Origin: Promethearchaeota archaeon
GTDB taxonomy: Archaea > Asgardarchaeota > Lokiarchaeia > Sigyniarchaeales > SOKP01
DNA: 27,157 nucleotides
Assembly (NCBI GenBank): GCA_019894975.1
Contig: JAGXNO010000044.1
Location: 1-27,157 of the forward strand
Direction of reading: 5' to 3'
The notes under the pieces were generated by a model that ran no database searches, was not told the DNA's origin, and saw only the letters and a list, made by a program, of their open reading frames with translations. This document shows positions 17,532 to 25,935 of this stretch, piece by piece. Positions within the stretch are counted from its first letter, which is position 1; each line of letters starts with the position of its first letter. The position numbers and the translations under genes were made by a program.

Positions 17532-18683
17532 ATGAGTTTAATAAACTTCTTTATTGAAATCCATCTTAAGCTTAAACAATACAGATTACAGTTTATATTC
17601 TTCTTTCTATTTTGGTTTGGTGGCTTCCTCTTCTTTTTAATTACAGAACCTGGCGACTCTCTAGGACTAATATTTTTATATTCTTTAACTGTGAGATCTC
17701 CGGCAGGTGCGGGTGATATCGCTAATTTCTATGCACTTATTTGGCCAATTTTATTAGAAGTCATTTTCTTTGGATTTATCATGGGAGAATTATTACAAAA
17801 ATATAATCCTATTATTACTTCAAGAATTCTTGCTCATCACCAAAGAAATCATGTAGTAGTGATAGGGTATCAACATCTTGCCGAGAGAATAATAGAATTT
17901 TGCATAGAAAATAAGGAAAAATTTAGCCTTATAGAAGACCATTATGAGTTAGTAGAAGATCTAATTACGGCTGGGAAACCTGTAGTTGTTGGGGACCCTA
18001 CTGAAACAACTAATTTAGAGTTCGCAAATGTAAAAAGTGCGAATGAGGTATTTATAACCATTGATGATGTAAGGATTGCTATAATATGTACTGAAAAAAT
18101 TCGTAAAATGAATGAAGATTGCTCCATTTATGTCCGTGCTTTTGAGGATCATATACAAGAGTATCTTAGTGAACCACCATTAAAAGCATTTTCATTTTCT
18201 ACATCAAAATGGGCTATGGAAGGTATTGAAGAGTGGACAAAGGGAAAAACGGGTAATGCGCTTGTCATTGGACGTGATTATCTTACTCATCGGATTGCTT
18301 ATAGTCTCTCTTTACAACCAGAACGTGAAGTCTTCCTCTTTGATGATGAGCATGATGGAATCGAGTTTGTAGTCAATGAACGATTACATATAATTAACGA
18401 ATTAGCATACTTCTTAAGTGATATACGAGCTCACATAAATTTAGATGAGATTACTCAAGCATTCATTTGTTGGAAACGTGACACGGAATTTGATGAATCA
18501 CTATATTTAGCATCTAAGTTACATTCCCGATATCCTCATATTGAAGTATTTGTGCGAATATTCGATGAAGAACTTATCGACCTCGTAGAGAAGTATAATG
18601 CAAAGACGTTTTCAACATCAAGTAAAGCATTCGAGATGCTTCAAAAAGAAGTAAAATCTGATTCAGCAATTAGACCAAAATGA
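17532..18683 (+). CDS. TrkA-N/RCK-domain membrane protein (potassium-channel-like architecture)
   Basis: N-terminal TM segments, then NHVVVIGY, VVVGDPT...L..ANV..A and IYVRA, plus a second degenerate RCK domain (ALVIGR...VFVRIF). Confidence 0.75.
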   Translation: MSLINFFIEIHLKLKQYRLQFIFFFLFWFGGFLFFLITEPGDSLGLIFLYSLTVRSPAGAGDIANFYALIWPILLEVIFFGFIMGELLQKYNPIITSRILAHHQRNHVVVIGYQHLAERIIEFCIENKEKFSLIEDHYELVEDLITAGKPVVVGDPTETTNLEFANVKSANEVFITIDDVRIAIICTEKIRKMNEDCSIYVRAFEDHIQEYLSEPPLKAFSFSTSKWAMEGIEEWTKGKTGNALVIGRDYLTHRIAYSLSLQPEREVFLFDDEHDGIEFVVNERLHIINELAYFLSDIRAHINLDEITQAFICWKRDTEFDESLYLASKLHSRYPHIEVFVRIFDEELIDLVEKYNAKTFSTSSKAFEMLQKEVKSDSAIRPK

Positions 18684-18724
18684 AATACTTGTAATCAAAA
18701 AAGAAAATAGAGCAGTATCTGGGC

Positions 18725-19312
18725 CTAATACCATTCCTTACGGCATTTAGTACAGACTTTCTTCTTGGCATATATTCTTTGGGGGTTATAACTAATTATC
18801 CGGGTTCTATCATCAACCTCCTTTATCGCAAATCCCATAGCACCGCATTCAGGACACACTCTCTTATTTACACGAGTATCTTCACTTGGTGGCGTGGGTG
18901 GTTCTGTAAGCGGGAGAATCATAGAAGTTGTAGATGCTTCCTGATTCAGATAGGTGGGGGGATTTAATTGTTGGGGTGGAGTAGGGGGAGGTGTATACGA
19001 TTCTTTGTTTGGATAAGAAGGAGGATGCAATTGCTGTGGTGGTGGGGGTGGAGTATAAGATGTTTCACTTAGAGGAGATGGGGGGGCTAATTGTTGAGGT
19101 GGTGTCGGAGGTGGAGTTAATTCGGAGGACACGTTTTCAGCTTTCGCTTTTAGATATCTATTTTCTGTAGTTAATCGGATGATGGTATTTTCTTTTTCAG
19201 TAAGTAATGCTTGGTAATAGTGAATTTCAGAAAACAATTCAGTAATTTGAGTTTCTAATCTATTTAACATCTCTTCATATTCAGACGGGAGTTCCACTAT
19301 ATTATTCTTCAA
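18725..19312 (-). CDS. Coiled-coil / proline-rich repeat / Zn-ribbon protein
   Basis: TTG start with GAGGTG RBS. Heptad-like aa 12-60, Pro-rich aa 66-143, and CPECG...CTKC at the C-terminus. Confidence 0.8.
   Translation of the reverse strand: MKNNIVELPSEYEEMLNRLETQITELFSEIHYYQALLTEKENTIIRLTTENRYLKAKAENVSSELTPPPTPPQQLAPPSPLSETSYTPPPPPQQLHPPSYPNKESYTPPPTPPQQLNPPTYLNQEASTTSMILPLTEPPTPPSEDTRVNKRVCPECGAMGFAIKEVDDRTRIISYNPQRIYAKKKVCTKCRKEWY
18932..19117 (-). repeat. Three imperfect tandem 60-63 nt repeats encoding TPPP(T)PPQQLxPP(S/T)...
   Basis: TPPPTPPQQLAPPSPLSETSY / TPPPPPQQLHPPSYPNKESY / TPPPTPPQQLNPPTYLNQEAS. Confidence 0.85.
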
Positions 19313-19471
19313 TTGAGCTTTTACACCTCACTCTTAACAATATTGTCGCTAGGAAATATTGTTCCTATTGTACTTAGTCTGATCGAAAATATAAATATTA
19401 TTCGTACAGATTTGTAAAATTCTAATATGTTAAGTATATTTATTAAAAAAAAGATGAGTGTAGTTGATATC

Positions 19472-20977
19472 TTAAATTTCGAGGAGTCCTTCCCAGGCTT
19501 CTCTTTCTTTATCAAAAACCTTATTTGAAACTTTAATTTCTTCCCCCAACATCATTGTGGTTCTTGTTTTGGTATCATATGGAGACCATTCAGGAAGATT
19601 TTTATGATTAGGATTACCAGTGTGAGCAAAAGCTATCCACGCATCCATCACTTTTTCACTAAGATTATTAATATCAGGACCATTCCCGACAAATTCAGGA
19701 ATCCCCGGAGCGTTTAAAGTGTTAAACACAAATGGGATATCTATTGCATGGGGACATCCTAAAGCACCATCGAATTGGGGACAAGGAAAAGTAAACATAT
19801 AATTAAACGTATTTGGCTGATATTTAGAATGAGCCTCAAGAAACCGTATTGTGGGGATACGGAACATTGCATCTGTTACAACAGCGTCTAATAAATCCAT
19901 AGGTTTTATCGAAAGCTTTCCTTTCCTTGCGCTCTTATAAGTCTCTAATATTTCTTTGCTTTCGTTAGGATCTACTCCACTCATAGCCAATAAACCAAGT
20001 ACAGCATTTTCTCCTCCAGTTTTAACCATTTCATTAAATCCGGGATCTAGATAGGTAAACAATTTAGCTTCATCTAAATTAGTTCCTATCAAAAAATCAA
20101 TATCTTTTAAGTCCCCATCACGGAATGCATTCAAGGGATGCTTTGGGATTGTGTCACCATCGATAAGAGGTCGGAAAGCAAGAATATTGTTTGGATCCGA
20201 TCCCATAAATTCATTTTGTGCCTTAATAATTTCTTCAGGAGGAATATTACGCAATGATTCGATATCCCCCTTTTTAACTTTCAACTTGCGCATAAAGCCC
20301 TTAGTATTTTTATCGCTTATCTCAGGATCGATAGCGGGAGCACTCTGAGCAATTACACGTCGAATCTGTCCTTTAACTTGTGGTATTACGGGTAAAGTTA
20401 AAACAGAATATCCTCCTGCTGATTCACCGAAAATAGTGATATTATCGGGGTCACCACCAAACTTTTTAATGTTATTATGCACCCAATTAAGTGCGAGTGC
20501 TTGATCAAGTATTCCAGCATTTATTGTTTTATCGGGGATATAAAGGAAACCTAAAGCGCCTAATCTGTAGTTAATGGTAACGACTACGACATTTCCTCGT
20601 TTAGCTAAGTTTAGGCCATCATAAAATTCATGTGTACCTCCTCCCATAATGAAAGCCCCACCATGTATCCAAAACATTACAGGGCGTTTATCTCCATCTG
20701 CTGCGGGAGTCCATATATTAAGAGTTAAGCAATCCTCACTTTCTGGTTCAAGCTTACCAAACCATTCCTCAAGTTGCGTTGCTCCTTGAAATGAGCAGGG
20801 ACCATATTTAGTAGCATCTAACACTCCATCCCATGGTGCTTTTGCTATGGGTGGTTGAAAGCGTAAATCACCAATCGGGGGTTCAGCGAAAGGAATTCCT
20901 TTATATACTTCTATACCATTATCGCTATAACCCTGAACTTTTCCAGATTTAGTATCAATTATTGCAATTATTTCCAT
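19472..20977 (-). CDS. Type-B carboxylesterase (PnbA-like), paralog 1
   Basis: GIPFAEPP.GDLRF, SEDCLTLNIWTP, WIHGGAF, GESAG nucleophile, GTNLDE acid, and HAIDI histidine. Confidence 0.93.
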   Translation of the reverse strand: MEIIAIIDTKSGKVQGYSDNGIEVYKGIPFAEPPIGDLRFQPPIAKAPWDGVLDATKYGPCSFQGATQLEEWFGKLEPESEDCLTLNIWTPAADGDKRPVMFWIHGGAFIMGGGTHEFYDGLNLAKRGNVVVVTINYRLGALGFLYIPDKTINAGILDQALALNWVHNNIKKFGGDPDNITIFGESAGGYSVLTLPVIPQVKGQIRRVIAQSAPAIDPEISDKNTKGFMRKLKVKKGDIESLRNIPPEEIIKAQNEFMGSDPNNILAFRPLIDGDTIPKHPLNAFRDGDLKDIDFLIGTNLDEAKLFTYLDPGFNEMVKTGGENAVLGLLAMSGVDPNESKEILETYKSARKGKLSIKPMDLLDAVVTDAMFRIPTIRFLEAHSKYQPNTFNYMFTFPCPQFDGALGCPHAIDIPFVFNTLNAPGIPEFVGNGPDINNLSEKVMDAWIAFAHTGNPNHKNLPEWSPYDTKTRTTMMLGEEIKVSNKVFDKEREAWEGLLEI

Positions 20978-21140
20978 ACTTTTTCACTTTCATTATATTA
21001 GTCTAGATTTTTTTTTGATTGCATGTAATTATTATTACAATGTTCTATAAATAATTTAACTCAAAATCATAAATCCTACAAAAAGTAGAATTTAAATTAC
21101 CTACATGTGAAAAGCACAATTAATCTTTTGGTAAAAATCG

Positions 21141-21153
21141 AAAAAAAAAAAAA
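21141..21153 (-). terminator. T13 run on the minus strand, putative terminator of the DUF1326-like gene
   Basis: A13 on the plus strand, 21 nt beyond the stop at 21175. Confidence 0.5.
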
Positions 21154-21174
21154 GAAATGAGTAGATCGATTTTA

Positions 21175-21792
21175 TTAAAAATCTCTTGATTTTCCTTTTC
21201 CATCGAAGCTAGCAATTACTCCGCTTCGATTTATAAATTCCCAATTTTTCCCAAAATCATTATATTTCCAGAAATGGGTATTACAAATTTTGAGATCCGA
21301 AAGAAATACACCAAAAATAGAATTTTCTAGCCTTTGAGGGTTTTTGCCATCAAGACCAGGGGTGTAGGATAGTTTCATTTCACCATAAGGCATTTTTACA
21401 TGGTATGTATTTCCGACTTGTTCTAAATTGATATCAACGTACTTTATTCCTAACACATCTCTTAGAAGTACACTTCCAGGAATATTTTTTGTAAAATAGG
21501 GTTCTAAATATTTTCTCTGTTCTTCTGTGGTTTTATCACTTATATATACTCCTCCTTCTCCCCCTTTTACCATTACATCCATCGCTTTATTTGAGTATAA
21601 ATCAACTACATTAATAGCCAAAACGCCACTAATGTCTACATCTCCTATTTTTCCTTCGTCAAACTGGAATAATTGAAATGATTTGCAGGATTCTTCTCTA
21701 TCTCTCCCGAAATAAAAGGAGCAATGACCTTCTGAGGCACACGCCTCATACCAGGTACCTTTCGAATTCCAACTAATTCTTTCTTTTGACAT
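21175..21792 (-). CDS. DUF1326-like protein
   Basis: W...G.WYEAC....C, G..GDVDISG and YISDKTTEEQR..L patterns; GAGGTG RBS. Confidence 0.65.
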   Translation of the reverse strand: MSKERISWNSKGTWYEACASEGHCSFYFGRDREESCKSFQLFQFDEGKIGDVDISGVLAINVVDLYSNKAMDVMVKGGEGGVYISDKTTEEQRKYLEPYFTKNIPGSVLLRDVLGIKYVDINLEQVGNTYHVKMPYGEMKLSYTPGLDGKNPQRLENSIFGVFLSDLKICNTHFWKYNDFGKNWEFINRSGVIASFDGKGKSRDF

Positions 21793-21973
21793 TATTTCAC
21801 ACCTCTATGTTTAAACATATTTTTTTTAACTTATTCAAAAAATAATAGTTATAATCAAGAAACGAGTAAATATAAAAGTATACTAATTTGTAAGAAACAC
21901 CGAAGAAATGAAATCTTAAATAAGTTGAAAAATTTCCATATCTATATTTTCTATTTTTATGTAATTCGACACT

Positions 21974-23308
21974 ATGGCCTTTCCAAACTTTCCCAGTAAG
22001 GAGGAACATCATGAATACTTGGAAAAGTTTAAAATAAATCAAAGTCGTGCTATGTTTACGATAATACTTAGTATTCTTGTTGACTCTTTAGGCTATAGCT
22101 TGGTATTTCCCTTATTACCGGATATCGCAAGAGATTTTGGTGCGTCGAACTTTATGATAGGGGTTTTAATTTCATCAAATGCACTATCAGCACTAATATG
22201 TGTTCCCATATGGGGTAAGCTGAGCGATAAATATGGCCGTAAACCTATATTATTAATATCTCAAATAGGTACAGGAATCTCATTTCTAATTTTAGGACTT
22301 TCACGTTCTTATTATAATATTCTATTTGCCCGAATTCTCGATGGAGCTTTTAGTGGTCAAATCCCTGTAATCAGAGCTTACGTTACTGATATTACAACTC
22401 CACAAACAAGGGCTTCATATATGGGGAAATTTATGGTTGGATATACAGTAGGTATGATCGCAGGACCATCAATTGGTGGTCTTTTAGGAGTAATAAACTG
22501 GCGATTTCCACCATTTCTAACTAGTTCATTATCGATTATATCTATAATTTTGACTGTAAAAGTGATTACTGAAAGTATGCCAAAGGAAAGAAGAGAAGAA
22601 ATTAAGATTCAACTTCTACTAACTCAAACCGATCCTAGTAATAAAGGGAGTATATGGAATGAGGAAGTGATAATGCGACTTATTCAAACATTTCTAACAA
22701 CTCTCATAAGTTTCATGTTTACAACAAGTTTTCCCATAGTACTTGCTGATAGATATGGAGCAAATGCTTCTATCATTGGCTCAGTTTTGGTTGTAGCAGG
22801 AATTGGCCTTTTAATTTATGGTATTATACTCATGAAGCCATTGATAAGAAAAATTGGCGAAAAAAACCTGTTACTAACTACTTTTATACTGCTTTTCATA
22901 TTGTTTATATTTTATCCTTATCTTTCTGATCTTTGGATGGTTTACATATTTATTTTACCATTTGCTTTTTGCATGGCGTTTATGAGACCCTTAATTTCAG
23001 CAAATATCGCTAAGGCAGTAAATCCTCTTAAACAAGGAGCTGTAAGTGGATGGGCAGTTAATATTCAATCATTTTCACAAATTATTGCGCCTTTAATCTC
23101 ATATGGATTCTTACAACTAGGTGGGTTAACAATTGGTTTTGTAGATTTAAATTCATATCAATTAATAGGGTTTACAAATGTTATATTTGCATTAAGTCTC
23201 TTTATAATTGGTTACGCAGATCTAAAACTTCATCCCAAACTTTATCTATACGAGAAATTAAGAAGAAAAAGAGAAGAAATAAGAAGAAGAAAAGCTAGGA
23301 CTGGTTAA
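21974..23308 (+). CDS. MFS transporter, TetA/DHA1-like, paralog 1
   Basis: Motif A WGKLSDKYGRKP, RILDG, RAYVTDIT...R and G...GP.IGG; about 12 TM. Confidence 0.92.
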   Translation: MAFPNFPSKEEHHEYLEKFKINQSRAMFTIILSILVDSLGYSLVFPLLPDIARDFGASNFMIGVLISSNALSALICVPIWGKLSDKYGRKPILLISQIGTGISFLILGLSRSYYNILFARILDGAFSGQIPVIRAYVTDITTPQTRASYMGKFMVGYTVGMIAGPSIGGLLGVINWRFPPFLTSSLSIISIILTVKVITESMPKERREEIKIQLLLTQTDPSNKGSIWNEEVIMRLIQTFLTTLISFMFTTSFPIVLADRYGANASIIGSVLVVAGIGLLIYGIILMKPLIRKIGEKNLLLTTFILLFILFIFYPYLSDLWMVYIFILPFAFCMAFMRPLISANIAKAVNPLKQGAVSGWAVNIQSFSQIIAPLISYGFLQLGGLTIGFVDLNSYQLIGFTNVIFALSLFIIGYADLKLHPKLYLYEKLRRKREEIRRRKARTG

Positions 23309-23399
23309 AGTTAGACAATTTTATCATAATCATAAATTTTAAGTGATTTCAATTCTTTTTTAATATACATTTTAAATTAGGAAAGATGATATTGAAAGA

Positions 23400-24926
23400 A
23401 TGAAGAAAATTGAGATAATTACGACTAAAACTGGAAAAATTCAAGGTTACATTGGGGATGGGATACAAATTTTTAAAGGAATCCCATATGCCGAACCGCC
23501 TATAGGTGATTTGAGGTTAAATGCTCCCATGGCAAAAAAACCATGGGAAGGTGTTTTTGAAGCATTAGATTATAAGCCAATATCCCCACAACCTCCACCT
23601 TATACAGAATATCTCCCCCCTCCTCCACAAAGCGAGGCAGAATGTCTTAATCTCAATATCTGGACACCAGGATGCGATGATAGGAAGCGTCCAGTTATGT
23701 TTTGGATTCATGGAGGATCACACATTTTCGGATCAGGCAGATTACTTAATGGAAGAGTTCTCCCCGGTAAGGGAGATATTGTACTAGTCTCAATTAATTA
23801 CCGCTTAGGACCATTAGGTTATTTATGCATGCCCGGGGCTCCTTCAAATATAGGGCAATTAGATCAAATTGAGGCACTTAGATGGGTGCATGATAATATT
23901 GAATTTTTCGGCGGAAATCCTAATGATGTCACAATATTTGGTGAGAGTGCAGGAGCTACTTCGATCTGTGCTCTAATGGCAATGCCAAAAGCTAAAGGTC
24001 TTTTCCATAGAGCAATTTCAGAAAGTAGTGTTACACAACCTCATGGTTTTGACCTTTCAGTCCGTAAGACAACGGCAGATTCAATATTTAAAGAGCTCAA
24101 TTTAAAGAATGACGATTTGGACGGTTTTCGAAAGCTCCCCGTTGATGAAATTATACAAGCTTTGATAAAGGCTACAGAAAAAGCACTTTTAACCCGTACA
24201 CCATTAGATTTTAAGCCGTGGGTAGATGGTGAAAACCTTCCGCAACATCCTACAAAAGCAATTGAGGAAGGATACGCTAAGGATATTGAGTTGCTGATTG
24301 GTACCAACCTTGAAGAATGGAGATTCTGGCGTGCATTTGAGCCCAATTTTGAAGATCTTCCATCATCCCAAATAGAAAAAAGAATAATATATCTACTCAA
24401 AGCTGTGGGAGAAGAAGAAAGCAAATTACCTTTAGTTATTGATACTTATAAAAAATCTAGGGAAGAAATCAATCTCCCTATAAATATTCATGAAGTTTAT
24501 GAAGCTTTCATGACAGATTCAATTTTCCGTATATCATCAATCAAGTTTGCTGAAGCTCAGAGAAAAAATCAGAAAAATACTTACATGTACTTATTTAATT
24601 GGAATACTCCTTTTGAAAATGGGAGATATGGAGCAATGCATGCCATAGAAATCGCATTTGTTTTCGGAGCCTTTTGGGAGGATTATTTATTCACCTTTGT
24701 TAAGAAAACTCCTGAAACTGAGGCTCTTTCAGAGAAGGTGATGCAAGCGTGGATATCATTTGCTAAAACTGGTAACCCTAATCATCCGAATATTCCCAAA
24801 TGGCCCTCATATGATGATAAGAAAAGAAGTACAATAGTCTTTGATAATGAGATAGAAGTTTGGGATGATCCATTACATAGAGAGAGAGAAATGTGGAACA
24901 AGATGAAACAATGGTCAGAATTTTAA
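23400..24926 (+). CDS. Type-B carboxylesterase (PnbA-like), paralog 2
   Basis: GIPYAEPP.GDLR, ECLNLNIWTP, WIHGGS, GESAG, GTNLEE and HAIEI. Confidence 0.93.
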   Translation: MKKIEIITTKTGKIQGYIGDGIQIFKGIPYAEPPIGDLRLNAPMAKKPWEGVFEALDYKPISPQPPPYTEYLPPPPQSEAECLNLNIWTPGCDDRKRPVMFWIHGGSHIFGSGRLLNGRVLPGKGDIVLVSINYRLGPLGYLCMPGAPSNIGQLDQIEALRWVHDNIEFFGGNPNDVTIFGESAGATSICALMAMPKAKGLFHRAISESSVTQPHGFDLSVRKTTADSIFKELNLKNDDLDGFRKLPVDEIIQALIKATEKALLTRTPLDFKPWVDGENLPQHPTKAIEEGYAKDIELLIGTNLEEWRFWRAFEPNFEDLPSSQIEKRIIYLLKAVGEEESKLPLVIDTYKKSREEINLPINIHEVYEAFMTDSIFRISSIKFAEAQRKNQKNTYMYLFNWNTPFENGRYGAMHAIEIAFVFGAFWEDYLFTFVKKTPETEALSEKVMQAWISFAKTGNPNHPNIPKWPSYDDKKRSTIVFDNEIEVWDDPLHREREMWNKMKQWSEF

Positions 24927-25080
24927 TCATTTCTTTTTTCTTTAACTTTTAATTGAATACTAGCTCACATCAAATTATAGTCTCAATTCTAACTTCATCT
25001 ATTCTATTTAAAAAATAAGCAGATCATTTAATTATCTATCAATCATCAATTTAGATAGTCATTAACCGAGGAAAGAGATT

Positions 25081-25824
25081 TTGAGTGATACAATTATTTG
25101 GGGTCATAGAGGGGCAGGATTCAGAGATGTAGAAAATTCAATGTCGTCTTTTAAGAGGGCTGTCAAGATGGGTGTTGATGGTATTAAAACTGAAGCTCAA
25201 TTAACAACAGATGGGGAAATTTTCCTCCAGTTTCTACCCTATGTCTTAATTGAAGGTCAAAAAAGACTCATCAAAGATACAGATCATGAGACTATTAAAC
25301 AGATTAAATTGGAAAATGGAGAATCGGTTCCAACGCTACACGATCTGTTCAAAGCATTTAAAAATAAGATTAGGTATAATTTTGATATCTTTAAAGTCGA
25401 GACAGGAATTCGAATTATAGAAATAGCCACTGAATATAATTTAATCGATAAAGTAGAACTTACAAAACCGGTTGCTCACACAAAATCAGCTGATTCCCTT
25501 TTTAAACCATTGAGGAATAAAAATAAGGATATTACTTTAATCTGTTCATTATTTTCTGATAAACAAATTTCTGATGATAGCTATATATTATTGAAACAAA
25601 TGAAAGAGTTAAATGTGCAGGTTATAAACTTAAATCATCACCGATTTAACCTTGAAGTGTTCAATCAGGTGAAAAAAGCTGGTTTTAGGTTTTATTTGTG
25701 GGGAGTACTTTTCAAATTTTTCATGAGGAAATACTTGGAATTGAGTTATAAAGGTCAAAAGATTGATGGGATTTATACTAATTACCCTGATAAGTTAGTA
25801 GAATTGCGATCAAATATGTGCTAA
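25081..25824 (+). CDS. Glycerophosphodiester phosphodiesterase (GDPD)-fold protein with non-canonical active site
   Basis: GHRGA, EN, GVDGI, LTTDG, GESVPTL and IDGIYTNYP motifs; TTG start with GAGG RBS. Confidence 0.8.
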   Translation: MSDTIIWGHRGAGFRDVENSMSSFKRAVKMGVDGIKTEAQLTTDGEIFLQFLPYVLIEGQKRLIKDTDHETIKQIKLENGESVPTLHDLFKAFKNKIRYNFDIFKVETGIRIIEIATEYNLIDKVELTKPVAHTKSADSLFKPLRNKNKDITLICSLFSDKQISDDSYILLKQMKELNVQVINLNHHRFNLEVFNQVKKAGFRFYLWGVLFKFFMRKYLELSYKGQKIDGIYTNYPDKLVELRSNMC

Positions 25825-25935
25825 TCTTCTTTTTTCAAAAAAATTATTACAAATCTGTAGTTTTGCTCCTAAATGAAATTTTATATGTGTTCCTATATTT
25901 TTTCCCATAATTTCTATTTTTTTCAAGATAATATC

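Noticed and set aside
884-18727. Selenocysteine or pyrrolysine read-through at TGA/TAG stops (884, 2254, 2734, 5469, 5540, 18683, 18725)
   Set aside because: The gene-terminal stops fall at plausible C-termini with no conserved continuation. TAG5538-5540 has another in-frame stop three codons upstream and no start between them.
19321-19515. 64-aa minus-strand ORF (likewise 21797-22042)
   Set aside because: Spans AT-rich intergenic DNA and overlaps neighbouring genes; no motif
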